Shown here piece by piece: positions 45,180-56,248 of a stretch of 64,000 nucleotides of DNA. A program made the position numbers and the translations under genes. The notes under the pieces were generated by a model. That model did not search any database, had not been told where the DNA came from, and saw nothing but the letters and a program-made list of their open reading frames with translations. Within the stretch, counting starts at the first letter, position 1. Each line of letters opens with the position of its first letter. This DNA is from Plasmodiophora brassicae (lineage: Eukaryota): NCBI GenBank assembly GCA_036867785.1, contig CP145411.1, forward strand, positions 62,001 through 126,000, given 5' to 3'.

Positions 45180-48100
45180 ATGTCGTTGATCGTAGTGTAT
45201 ATGGCCCTTGTCGCCATCGTCGTCGGTCTGCCGGGGCGACCGGATATCGCCAGCCTGTCGCCAGCGCAGCTGAACGCGTATCGGGCCGCGTTCAGGACCG
45301 TCCAGGCGTCCAGCGACCACTGGGACACCTTTTCCAGACTGTACGCCAGCTGTGGGCCACTGCTGTCTGCCCCGACGCCCCTGGCCGTCGTCACGACCGT
45401 CTTACGCCATGTCGAGGGTCGCCTCGGCCAACCCATCCCGTACTGGGATTTCCCAGTCTCGCCTACCGTACCGGTGGCGTTCCTCGAAGCGACCGACAAC
45501 GAACCTGAACGCCTGCCGAATCCTTTGTACGGGAACTGCCAGCTGGCGGCCCACGAGATCGATTCCAGGACGTTGAAGGAGATCCAGGAGCGCGTCCACT
45601 TGTTGCCCCTGGTGTCGGAGCCCGGCGACCGCTTCGGATTACTGTTCGACGCCCTGAGCGCCGCCCAGGGATCGTTGGCCGGGTGCCTGACGTCGTTGGA
45701 GACGGCCGCCAGTCATCCATTGTGGTTCAGCATGCTCTCCTATGTTGTCACCATGCAGGAGACGTCGTGGGATGACGCCGAGCGCACGACCCAGTGCCCG
45801 GCCGAGCTCGTGGTCCCACCACCGTCCACCGCAACGATGCTGCCCGACACGCTTGTTCAGAATAATCTGGGCCAGGCGATACCGGCGGTCCAGCGTGACG
45901 CCCCTGCTTCGTCGAACACTGTGCAACTGTTCGTCCCAGGCGCCGATGGAACCATGCAGCCTGGGCCAGTGGTCACGAGGGCAACGCTGCGCGCCCTGGC
46001 CGATCTGCAGAAGGCGCCCGCCGGCGTGTCTGGCGCCGCCAACACGGGCCCTTCGCACGGTTCCCCAGTACCAGCAGGCGAGTCGCCGCCGAATACGGTC
46101 CAGTTGTTCCTCCCGGGCGCCGATGGCGACTTGCAACCGGGGCCTGTTGTAACGCAGGCCACGTTACGCGCCTTGACCGAGCTTCAGAGCGGTACCCGGA
46201 TTCCCGGCTTGGGTGGCCCCGTGCCAGGTGGCTCGCCTGGAGTCAGCAGGCCACCAAGTGCATCGACGAGCAATACCGGAGGTTCAGGAGCCGGCCCGGC
46301 GGGCAGTCAGCCGGATGGCGGATCCACCACGCCAACGTCACCGGGGGCACCAGACGACGAATCACCATTGTCTGGGGAGCTCCCGCCGGCCGACACCCGA
46401 TCTGGCTCGAACACGTTTCCGGGGCGCCCAATGTCGCCGCCTGAAACGGGCACCGGCAGCAATGTGTCACCCACGATCAGCGGGAAAGCGGCTGGGCTCC
46501 CGGGCACTGCATCTTCCAGCACCATGCCGGGTGGACGACCGGGCGGTCCGAATTCAGCAGGGCGTTCGACAATGGGCAGCGGGCGGCAACCGACCGGAAG
46601 CCATCTTTTTGAGGCACTGCCAGCGGGAGGCGAACCAGCTGCCGCTGATGCTCTCTTGTCAGACGACACGGTCCCGACATCAGGTATGCCGTCAACGCCA
46701 TCACAAGCGCCGCGCCAGCCGCGCCTTGGCCTGGCTGATTCAGGGCGTTCCCCTGGCGAGTCTCCAACGGGCCCACGACCACGGGCGCAGACTGGAACTG
46801 GAGAATCACCTTTGGAGACCGACGAATCACTACCGGGGTCCGATCAGGCATCTCCAGGTGCTGACCGGGCGGGCGGGTTTCCAAATGGGCAAGGTTCCCC
46901 TGCCGTGCCCGGCAACGCTACGCCTGACAGTGGCCGATCAGCGGTTAACTCGGTCTCGTCCCCCGCTGTCGACAAGGCTTCTCCAGCAGCGGGGCAGCGG
47001 ACAGCACAAGGAACGAAACCGCTGTCTGGAAGTGATTCCCCTGCGCGGGGCCGTTCGCAAGCATTGACGTCATCGGCACAGCGTCCGACGTCAGATTCGG
47101 CACCGTCGTCGGGTACTGGAAGCGCATCGACGGTCCCTAAGCCGAGGCCTGATGATGAATCTTCTCCAGTCCCCTCGCGTCGTTCATCGTCAGTCGGTTC
47201 GCCGTCTTCCGGATCGCCCGATTCGACAGCGGCTCCTGCACAAGGGCGCCCAACAGGGTCTGCTGGAGCGCGTGCGTCGCCAACGCCACCACCAGCGTCT
47301 GCTAGGTCATCTTCAGGAGTCGCCGACCAGAACGGCACTGGTGGGCGACCTACCGGTGACAATGGTGCGGGGGCGCCCAATGAATCGTCCCAAACATCGC
47401 AGACGATCGCCCCGCTGACGCCAATGCCGCCCAACACACCGCCACCGCTCCCCTTGCAATTGCTCGGCAGCGCACCTACCCCACAGCAACCACCTCAGAA
47501 GCAACAGACGCCTCAACAGCAACAGGCGCAACCGCAGCCCCCGTCTCCTCAGCAGCAACCGTCGCCTCAGCAGCCACCGTCTGGGCAGCCCAACAACCAG
47601 CAACAACCAAAGCAGGATGGTGCTCCGCAAGGCCAACAACAGCCTCAACAGGGCCAGAAGCAACAGCCTTCACAGCTGCCTCAACAATCTCCTCAGCAGC
47701 AAAAGTCCCAGCAGCAGCAGCAGCAGCAGCAGCAACCGCCGCAGCAACCTCAGCGACAACAGCAGGGGCAGCAGCAGCCGCCGCCACCACCACAGCAGGG
47801 GCAGCAACGCCAGCCACAACCCTCGCCGCAGTCCCCCCAAGTGATAACGCCACCTGGAGGATCATCGCCCCAGGTGATCACGCCGCCGGGCGGTTCCGGC
47901 CCGCAGATCATCACGCCTCCATCGCCGCCGATCATCATGCCCCCGTCACCGCCCAAGGTCGCCCCACCGTCCGCCATTGTCGGCCCGATCGCGCTACCGC
48001 CTCTGCCGGCCATGCCAGCGCCGAACGCGGCCGGCCCCATGATGTCGCCGCTACCGGGCAGCAATGCCGAGGTATCGCGTTCGAACAACGTCCAAGCGAC

Positions 48101-48608
48101 GCAGAACTCGGCACAGTCCATCTCGCAGCCGTCCCCGTTCTCGGTATCGTCGTCGGCCAGCGCCTCGCAGTCCATGTCGGCCGGCAGCAGCGACATGATG
48201 ATGCAGGAGCAGCCGATGATGATGCACGACCCGATGATGATGATGCATCACCCGATGATGGTCCTGGAAGACGCGTCCAGCACCGCTGACGTCGCCGCTG
48301 GATCTCGCCTGATCCTGCACCTGTTCCTGCCCGCTCTGGCAACGAAGGCAACCGTCATCAGCGTCGTCGCCAACATGCGCCAGATCGGCCACGTCTTCAT
48401 CGTTGGCGGACCCGGCAGTGACATCGGCCTGCCGACTGGCCTGAACCTGCACCGCATGCTGGACGTGACGCGCGCCTACAACGCGTTCCTGAATAGGGAC
48501 GACGCGCAGCCCATCCAGCTGGCATTCACGACAACGGCGCTGGACAACCCTGACAGGCCTCAAGCCTACCAGGTATCCGCCTATTTCGAATGGGTCTGTA
48601 CACAGTGA
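45180..48608 (+). CDS. Secreted/anchored tyrosinase-fold-like protein lacking Cu ligands, with a very long P/S/G/Q-rich insert
   Basis: Hydrophobic N-terminus; RPDIASLSPAQL..YRAAF, IPYWDF, PNPLY, AASHPLWF; C-terminal IGHVFIVGG..MLDVT; start uncertain (ORF open from 45108). Confidence 0.6.
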   Translation: MSLIVVYMALVAIVVGLPGRPDIASLSPAQLNAYRAAFRTVQASSDHWDTFSRLYASCGPLLSAPTPLAVVTTVLRHVEGRLGQPIPYWDFPVSPTVPVAFLEATDNEPERLPNPLYGNCQLAAHEIDSRTLKEIQERVHLLPLVSEPGDRFGLLFDALSAAQGSLAGCLTSLETAASHPLWFSMLSYVVTMQETSWDDAERTTQCPAELVVPPPSTATMLPDTLVQNNLGQAIPAVQRDAPASSNTVQLFVPGADGTMQPGPVVTRATLRALADLQKAPAGVSGAANTGPSHGSPVPAGESPPNTVQLFLPGADGDLQPGPVVTQATLRALTELQSGTRIPGLGGPVPGGSPGVSRPPSASTSNTGGSGAGPAGSQPDGGSTTPTSPGAPDDESPLSGELPPADTRSGSNTFPGRPMSPPETGTGSNVSPTISGKAAGLPGTASSSTMPGGRPGGPNSAGRSTMGSGRQPTGSHLFEALPAGGEPAAADALLSDDTVPTSGMPSTPSQAPRQPRLGLADSGRSPGESPTGPRPRAQTGTGESPLETDESLPGSDQASPGADRAGGFPNGQGSPAVPGNATPDSGRSAVNSVSSPAVDKASPAAGQRTAQGTKPLSGSDSPARGRSQALTSSAQRPTSDSAPSSGTGSASTVPKPRPDDESSPVPSRRSSSVGSPSSGSPDSTAAPAQGRPTGSAGARASPTPPPASARSSSGVADQNGTGGRPTGDNGAGAPNESSQTSQTIAPLTPMPPNTPPPLPLQLLGSAPTPQQPPQKQQTPQQQQAQPQPPSPQQQPSPQQPPSGQPNNQQQPKQDGAPQGQQQPQQGQKQQPSQLPQQSPQQQKSQQQQQQQQQPPQQPQRQQQGQQQPPPPPQQGQQRQPQPSPQSPQVITPPGGSSPQVITPPGGSGPQIITPPSPPIIMPPSPPKVAPPSAIVGPIALPPLPAMPAPNAAGPMMSPLPGSNAEVSRSNNVQATQNSAQSISQPSPFSVSSSASASQSMSAGSSDMMMQEQPMMMHDPMMMMHHPMMVLEDASSTADVAAGSRLILHLFLPALATKATVISVVANMRQIGHVFIVGGPGSDIGLPTGLNLHRMLDVTRAYNAFLNRDDAQPIQLAFTTTALDNPDRPQAYQVSAYFEWVCTQ

Positions 48609-48957
48609 CTTTAATTCCAATGTGATACGTAAGACGGTATAAAGCGTCCACAGTTGAGTTAGGCTCGCGGTCGATCAGAACGGCATTGCATAGGACATTT
48701 GGTGATGTGGGTACGTTCCTGGCAGGTCCTACAGGTTGAGATCGGTCATGCTGATGCACCACTGCCCAAGGTGCACCTGGCGCAACCCCCGTCCATGTGC
48801 CCACCAAACTGGCAGGATCCTATGCGGCAACCAGAGGCAACGCGTTCGGCCTCTGGATTCGGTGACGATCAGCGCTCCGCTCTATGCGATGTACGATCGA
48901 CCCAGATCGGTTCGCGCCTGCCTGTTCATAGTCGGCCGCCAGCGATGTTTCCATTTA

Positions 48958-49926
48958 ATGGTTGCCTTTCTGGCTGGCTACGTGCTGCTCGTCGTGATCG
49001 CCTCGGTCAAGTCGGTCGAAGCGAGCCTTTCTGGGTTGGCCTCCCGATCGACGCTGTCTTCCACATTGCGCGCTTCGCCTCAGCAATGGCCTGTCCCCAG
49101 GGTCCCACCTGGGTCATCGCATGCGTCTAAACTCGGGTTCCTGTCCGCCAACAAGCTCATCGCGTTCACCTTGTACGGTGGCCGGTCGATTGACATCGAG
49201 GGTGGAGCGCTGAACGCGCGAGCCATGCCGCTAGCCTATCTTGGCTGGCGCGTTCGCTTCTACATTGACAGCACTGTGCCCCAGTCCACCATCGACAGGC
49301 TAACGGGCGCAGGCGCCGAAATCTCGTTCGTTGACCCAGACATGGAATCGTGGCTGGACGCCAGGAGGATGTATCGATTCCTGGCGATTGACGACCCCGA
49401 TGTGGAATTCGTTATGTTCAGGGACGCCGATTCCCTGCCGTCGTTACGGGAAGTGTCGGCCGTCAACGCATGGCTGATGTCGAACAAGACGTTTCACGTC
49501 ATGCGCGATCACCAATTCCACACGACGCATATCCTGGCAGGGATGTGGGGAGTGCATGCGCCGACGCTTCGTCAGCGTTTACATCCGGAAACGATCCGCG
49601 CATCCATGCAAAGATACGTCGAGAACAGGATCAGTCCCGACATGAAGCGTGACACCGACCAGGATTACCTGTCGGACGTCATCTGGCCGTATGCGAAAGG
49701 CGACGTCCTCGAGCACGACGCGTTCCACTGCCCAGGCTCGCAGCCGTACATCGATGACCCGCAGCCGTTCCCGGTACCTCGCGACTCCACCGGCGACTTC
49801 GTCGGCAACATCAAAGCGCCCGACTACTCGGACTCCAGTGCCTACGTCAGGAACGGCAAGTGGCAGTTCCAGGGCCTTGAAACGCCCCCGGAATGTCGCC
49901 TGGACCCGAAGTACATATATGGATGA
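48958..49926 (+). CDS. Type II membrane glycosyltransferase-like protein, copy 1
   Basis: N-terminal TM; IAFTLYG..GALNA..GWRVRFY, RFLAIDD, FRDADS, FHVMRDH, ILAGMWG, DQDYL, FVG. Confidence 0.65.
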   Translation: MVAFLAGYVLLVVIASVKSVEASLSGLASRSTLSSTLRASPQQWPVPRVPPGSSHASKLGFLSANKLIAFTLYGGRSIDIEGGALNARAMPLAYLGWRVRFYIDSTVPQSTIDRLTGAGAEISFVDPDMESWLDARRMYRFLAIDDPDVEFVMFRDADSLPSLREVSAVNAWLMSNKTFHVMRDHQFHTTHILAGMWGVHAPTLRQRLHPETIRASMQRYVENRISPDMKRDTDQDYLSDVIWPYAKGDVLEHDAFHCPGSQPYIDDPQPFPVPRDSTGDFVGNIKAPDYSDSSAYVRNGKWQFQGLETPPECRLDPKYIYG

Positions 49927-50090
49927 GATCCCTCAGCAGGTGCTCGCTCGCTCGGCTCCGGCACGTTGCAGCTCCAGCCACGCGCAAGACGCAGTTTCGC
50001 GTAGATCCAGGGCGAGGTCTCCGACCAGAGATCACAGACGGGCGGCCTGTCGTAGTAGATATTCCCGTTCTGGGATACGATCGACTGCCT

Positions 50091-51107
50091 ATGCAGGGGC
50101 CTGCGGGAATGTCGTGGGATCGGAGGCAACGATGGTCGGGTCTGCTCGTCACGATCGGCGCCTGCGTCGCCGTCCTGATCATCGTCCAGGTCTGGATCGG
50201 CATCGTCCACGACCTGGTGTTACGCTCGCCCATTCGGCTGGGCCAGTTCGCAGAATCCACAGTGGGCCAGGCGCCGCCAGAGGGCGATGCACCAGAAACG
50301 CCTCACATCTACCGGTCCAGTTACCGAACGGCCAAGAAAGTCGTCGCGTTCTCCGTGTTTGGGAACCGCACCATCGACGCCGATGGAGCCGTGTGGAATG
50401 CCCGATCAATGCCATTCGCGTACGCCGGTTGGAAGGTCCGGTTCTACGTCGATAGCACGGTTCCAGTGGGGACGCTGGACCGGATCCGCACCACAGGTGC
50501 CGAGATCAGGCGGGTGCCGCCCCAGATGGAGACCTGGCGGGAAGCGCGTCGGATGTTCCGCTTCATGGCGTTGGTGGACGACGACGTCGACTACGTCATG
50601 TTCCGCGACACGGATTCGTACGTGTCGATGCGGGAGATCACGGCCGCCAACGAATGGCTGATGACGAACCGAACGTTCCATGTCATGCGCGACCACCAGT
50701 TCCACACGACGCATATACTAGCGGGAATGTGGGGCGCTTACGCCCCAGTGCTACGCCAGAGAATGCAGCCGAGCACTGTCTATGATTCGATGAGGGACTA
50801 CGTGACGCCAATGATCGACGGCTACATGAAGCGCGATGTGGACCAGGACTACCTGTCCGAGTTCGTCTGGAAGCACGCAGTAGGCGACGTTGTCGAGCAC
50901 GACGCTTTCAATTGCCCGGGCTCGCAGCCCTATGTCGACCAACCGCGTCCATTCCCGCTGCCCAGGGACGAATCCGCGGATTTCGTTGGCAACATTCGTC
51001 GCCTGGACTTCTCGGCCACGAGCAACTATGTCATTCACGGCGGTTGGCAATTTCGCAATCGGACGCCGGTGGCGTGCAGGCGCGACCCACAATACATTTG
51101 GGGGTAA
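50091..51107 (+). CDS. Type II membrane glycosyltransferase-like protein, tandem copy 2
   Basis: Same motif order as copy 1, including identical FHVMRDHQFHTTHILAGMWG and CPGSQPY. Confidence 0.65.
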   Translation: MQGPAGMSWDRRQRWSGLLVTIGACVAVLIIVQVWIGIVHDLVLRSPIRLGQFAESTVGQAPPEGDAPETPHIYRSSYRTAKKVVAFSVFGNRTIDADGAVWNARSMPFAYAGWKVRFYVDSTVPVGTLDRIRTTGAEIRRVPPQMETWREARRMFRFMALVDDDVDYVMFRDTDSYVSMREITAANEWLMTNRTFHVMRDHQFHTTHILAGMWGAYAPVLRQRMQPSTVYDSMRDYVTPMIDGYMKRDVDQDYLSEFVWKHAVGDVVEHDAFNCPGSQPYVDQPRPFPLPRDESADFVGNIRRLDFSATSNYVIHGGWQFRNRTPVACRRDPQYIWG

Positions 51108-51168
51108 CTGGCCGTGCTTCTATCGGAGCGATACTGCCAGCACGTTCCGGCGGACAACGAGTAGACCC

Positions 51169-51175
51169 AAAAAAA
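51169..51175 (-). terminator. Pol III oligo-T terminator of the tRNA
   Basis: T7 run on the minus strand 4 nt after the discriminator base. Confidence 0.8.
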
Positions 51176-51179
51176 GTAG

Positions 51180-51251
51180 AGCCGCAAGCGGGACTCGAAC
51201 CCGCAACTTCTGGTTCCGAAGACCAGCACGCTGCCATTGCGTCATTGCAGC
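51180..51251 (-). tRNA. tRNA-Arg(UCG)
   Basis: Cloverleaf: acceptor GCTGCAA/TTGCGGC, D-arm ACGC/GCGT, anticodon stem CTGGT/ACCAG with loop CTTCGGA, T-arm GCGGG-TTCGAGT-CCCGC. Confidence 0.93.
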
Positions 51252-51668
51252 GGCCGAGCTGCATGACCATCGCACAGACGGGACCTTATTGAAATTAAAA
51301 GGAGTAGAGACATATAGTGCAAGGTTGATGGAAGAATTAAAATGTGATGGTCACGCGCCTCGGCAATTGCTTTCGGGCCCGTGTAGCCGGCTCAGGGCTC
51401 CACACTAGCTCTCAGAACGCCCGCGCAATCGATTGCACTTCCTCCGAGGCAATCCCGCTCATCAAGAAGGAGAGCGGAGGTGCGCATCACTCGAACTTGC
51501 ACATCGTATCACTTTGAAATTACGTGAAAGCCCATTTTCCGAGAAAGGTTCGGTGCGCTGCCGCCCAGGCACGGCTGCAGGTGTGAATACGTACATAGCT
51601 CCGTATGTAGCAATTTGAACGTTTGCATTGCGGCCTGCGGGTCCGGATCCGGGGCGGGGCGTTGCGTT

Positions 51669-51676
51669 TTTGGCGC
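51669..51676 (+). promoter_or_regulatory. Putative E2F site upstream of RNR1
   Basis: TTTGGCGC matches TTTSSCGC, about 180 nt before the ATG; RNR genes are known E2F targets. Confidence 0.45.
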
Positions 51677-51855
51677 GCTTTGGACAGGGGGTGTCACAGT
51701 GGCGGCGAGGCGCAAAATTGCCGTGCGCGCGTCTGGCTGCCCCGGGTGTCACCCCGCCCCGCGTTCGCCAGACGCCCCGCCAGCCCCGCAGCCCGCTGCA
51801 CAATTTTCCCGTTTGGGACGACGACGCCGGTGCCCCGACGCCCACCGCCGCCAGC

Positions 51856-54265
51856 ATGTACGTTGTCAAGCGCGATGGCCGCAAGGAGCAGGTGCACTTC
51901 GACAAGATCACGTCGCGCATCAAGAAGCTCTGCTATGGCCTGTCGGAAACGTTCGTCGAGCCGGTCAAGGTCGCCCAGAAGGTCGTCATGGGCGTCTATC
52001 CGGGCGTGACCACCGTCGAGCTCGATGAACTCGCCGCACAGACCGCCGCCTACATGTCGACGCAGCATCCCGATTACGCGCTGCTCGCGTCCCGCATCTC
52101 TGTCTCCAACCTGCACAAGCAGACGACGAAATCGTTCGTCGAGACCGCACGACGCCTGCACGACTGGGTCAACCCGAAGACGCGCCTGGAATCGCCGCTG
52201 ATCGCCGACGACGTCTGGGAAATCATCGAAGCGAACGGCGAACTCCTCGACTCGTCCATCATCTACGATCGCGATTTCGACTTTGACTATTTCGGCTTCA
52301 AGACCCTGGAACGGTCGTACCTGCTGAAGGTCGACGGCAAGATCGCCGAGCGCCCACAGCACATGCTGATGCGCGTCGCCGTCGGCATCCACAAGTCGGA
52401 TATCGCGGCGGCCATCCAAACGTACAACCTCATGTCCGAGAAGTGGTTCACGCACGCGTCCCCGACCATGTTCAACGCCGGCACGCCCGTCCCGCAAATG
52501 TCGTCCTGCTTCCTGGTGGCGCTCAAGAACGACTCCATCGAGGGCATCTACGACACGCTGCGCGAATGCGCCATCATCTCCAAGTCGGCCGGCGGCATTG
52601 GCGTCCACGTGCACAACGTGCGCGCCACCGGCTCCTACATTCGTGGTACGAACGGCACGTCGAACGGCATCGTCCCCATGCTTCGCGTGTTCTCCGACAC
52701 TGCCCGCTACGTCGACCAGGGCGGCGGGAAACGCAAGGGCGCGTTCGCCGTGTACCTGGAACCGTGGCACGCGGACATCTTCGAGTTCCTGGAGCTGAAA
52801 AAGGTACCCTGGGTTGAACAGCTGCCTCCCAACGTATGTCTCTGAGCTTTCGGTGCAGAACCACGGCAAGGAAGAGGAACGTGCTCGTGACCTGTTTTAC
52901 GGCCTTTGGATTCCCGATCTGTTCATGCAGCGTGTGCAGGCCGACGCCCACTGGTCGTTGTTCTGCCCGAACGAGGCGCCCGGTCTGGCGGACGTCTGGG
53001 GCGACGAGTTCGCTGCGCTGTTCGAACGCTATGAGAACGAGGGCCGGCAACGTAAGACGATCAGGGCGCAGGACCTGTGGTTCGCGATCCTGGAGGCCCA
53101 GGTCGAAACGGGGACGCCCTACATGATGTACAAGGACGCTTGCAACAGCAAGTCGAACCAGAAGAACCTGGGGACGATCAAGAGCAGTAACCTGTGCACG
53201 GAAATCGTCGAGTACACGTCGGCGGACGAGACGGCCGTCTGCAACCTGGCGTCGATCGCACTGTCCAAGTTCGTCACTGACGCCACGTTCGACTTCCATA
53301 AGCTGTACGACGTGACGTACACTGTAACGCTGAACCTGAACAAGGTGATCGACGGCAACTATTACCCTGTGCCCGAAGCGCGCCGATCGAACATGCGACA
53401 CAGGCCCGTCGGAATCGGCGTCCAGGGCCTTGCGGACGCCTTCATCCAGATGCGGTACCCGTTCGACTCGCCGGAGGCGCGCGCACTGAACCGCGACATC
53501 TTCGAGACGATCTACTTTGCGGCCTGCACTGCCTCCAAGGATCTGGCCGTTAAGGACGGCCCCTACGAGTCGTTCCCTGGCAGCCCGGCGTCCCAGGGCA
53601 TTCTCCAGTTCGACATGTGGAATGTAAAGCCGTCGTCGCGATGGGACTGGGACGCGCTGAAGGCCGATATCGCCCGGCATGGCATGCGGAATTCGTTGCT
53701 GCTCGCGCCGATGCCCACAGCGTCAACCAGCCAGATCCTGGGGAACAACGAGTGCTTCGAGCCGTACACGAGCAACATCTACGCGAGACGTGTGCTGGCT
53801 GGTGAGTTCACCGTCATCAACAAGCACCTGCTGGTGGACCTGATCAACCGGGGCCTGTGGGACGACGACTTGCGCCACCAGCTGATGGCACACAACGGGT
53901 CGGTCCAGAACATTGACCGAATCCCGCAGGATCTCAAGGACCTGTACAAGACCGTTTGGGAGATCAAGCAGAAGTCGCTGATTGACATGGCCGCCGATCG
54001 CGGCGCCTTCATTGACCAGTCGCAATCGTTCAACGTCCACATGACCGACATTAACTTTGGCAAGCTGACGTCGATGCATTTCTACGCCTGGACTAAAGGC
54101 CTCAAGACGGGCATGTACTACCTGCGATCTCGGCCCGCCGTCGACGCCATCAAGTTCACCGTTGACCAAGACGCTCTCGCGTCTGCCACCAATGACGTCG
54201 CCAAACGCCAGGCCATGGCCTGCTCGCTTGCCAACCGTGACGAGTGCCTGTCCTGCGGATCGTAA
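51856..54265 (+). CDS. RNR1: Ribonucleoside-diphosphate reductase large subunit; intron 52804-52858
   Basis: ATP cone [46 protein letters not shown]-terminal CLSCGS. Confidence 0.98.
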
Positions 54266-54488
54266 TCACACTTGGATGCTCTCGTCCCTCATATTCTCAG
54301 TGTCGAAGTAAATTACATAAGTGAATACGCGACCGTCTGCCTACCTATCACGTCGTACAGGTCGGAAGAGGTTACCCGTGGCGTATTTTGGGGGGAGCGG
54401 GATCCTCTCCGACTGCGGAGGGGTACTACGACTACGTCGTGAGCTGCAGGGCGATCGATCGTCATTTGGCAATTGGTTGGTCGGAGGG

Positions 54489-56173
54489 ATGCGTGGCCTG
54501 CGGCCCCGATCGCTGAAGCAGGTGCTGGCGCTGATGCTCCTGCGACCGGGATGTACCGGCGATCTCGTGCAATGCTTGAAGGGACGCGCGACGCTGCTGG
54601 CACCGATCAACGACGACGCCGTCGTCGGCGCGCTGGCCATCGCGTGCTGGACGCTGCAGCGCGACGACGCACGGCATGTTATTGAATCGCTGTCGCCGTC
54701 AATCACAGAGCGATCGAGCGCGAACACGATTTTCGCGTTCGTTCGCGCGCACGCTTTGCAAACGCTCAGTCTGTCCGAGCACCACCTGAAGGTCGCACGA
54801 TCCGTTGATCTGGGCCGACTGGACCTCCACGATTCCCGGCTCTTCTTCCGCGCTATGATGAGGATTGGCGCCGTTGACGTGGACACGATCCAGCGCATGC
54901 TGAAACGCATGCTCGAAGAACGATCTCGCGATCTCGACGGACAATTAATATCGGATTTCCTGTGGCAATCGCTGCATGTTCAGGGCGCCAGCGCCCGCGA
55001 CGTTGAACCTCTCCTCGTTGGCTTGATATACACTCCGGGATGGCATCAACGCTTCACCGGTAAGCAGCTGCGGTTGGCGGTCTCGGCCGCCAACAAGATT
55101 GGCGTCAACGGCCGGGCCCGATTGCGACCTTTCTTTGAGACCGGTACGATGTCCCCCTTGTAAACGCTGACAATCACGCTGACGGTGCTGCAGCTGTAAG
55201 ATTGACGCATCAGGATGCGCTCGACAACCAGCTGCCCAGCTGGGAGCTGTCCGATTTGCTGATGACGCTCGTGACGTCCAGGACGTATGGGCCCACGACA
55301 TTGCAATCACTGGTGCCGTTATGCATGCGGACGCTGCCAAAATCGGAGCCGCCTGTCCGGTTGCAGATCCAGTGGGCGTACGCGGCCGCCAGCGAGCTGA
55401 GCCCGCCGCTCTTCAGCGAGCTCGCCAAGGCCGAGCAGATTGCCCTGCACGAACACAAGCCGCATGGCATCGCGACGATCGCTTGGGCATTCGCGCAGCT
55501 GGGCCAATTCGAGTTCGAGCCGCTTTTCGAACGAATCGCTACGCGATCCACCGAGATCGTCGACTGCTTCGATATGCGCGGTCTCGCGTCGATCGTCTGG
55601 GCGCTATCCGGCTATGCGCTCCAGGATATCAATGCGCGTGAGGCTATGGCACACGATGTCGTTGTGCCGTTATGGTCCTACGCTGCGTCAAGACTGTCGA
55701 TGGCCGACGGCAACGTTGTGATTCACTTGCTGAACGACGCGCGCCTTGCGCTGCTTCACACTCGCTGCAAACTCGATTTCGAACTTGCGCGTCGTGTCGC
55801 ATCGCTGGCCAGAGAGAATCCGAAGCCACGCTCGGAAAAGAAACAGTTCATCTACGACCAGATCGAGTCGTACCTGCAGCACCTTCGGGTGGGTCGGGTT
55901 CGCAGGTGGGCGGCTTGCCCATTCACGGGCCTTGAACTACCATTGGTCATCGACCAGATGGAGGCGTCGCGCGACCCGATTGTCATCGAAGTCCTCCTGC
56001 GACCCGAATTTGTGAATGGCAACCAGGTCCAGATGTGTGGCGGGGCGTTGAACAGGACGCACTTCCTTCGGCATAACGGCTTCTGTGTCGTTGTTGTTTC
56101 CGAGCAGGACTTCCTGAAACCCACGGAACACTTTGACCGCATCAACCTTCTCGTCGAGAAGTTGCAGCTGTAA
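54489..56173 (+). CDS. Helical-repeat RAP-domain (FASTK/OPR-like) organellar RNA-binding protein; intron 55144-55193
   Basis: PHGIATIAWAFAQLG and MRGLASIVWALS repeats; C-terminal IVIEV..NRTHFLRHNGFCVVVVSEQDF. Confidence 0.65.
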
Positions 56174-56248
56174 CGTTGTGAAGGTCGGCACGCAGGTGAT
56201 TTGAACGCGGATCTTTATCTTCTAACGGCTTGGAATTGTCGCAGCGCA

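Noticed and set aside
47490-47900. CAG/CAA-rich repeats (also 2572-2599) as an array or CRISPR-like locus
   Set aside because: Simple coding poly-Q/P tracts with no repeat-spacer structure
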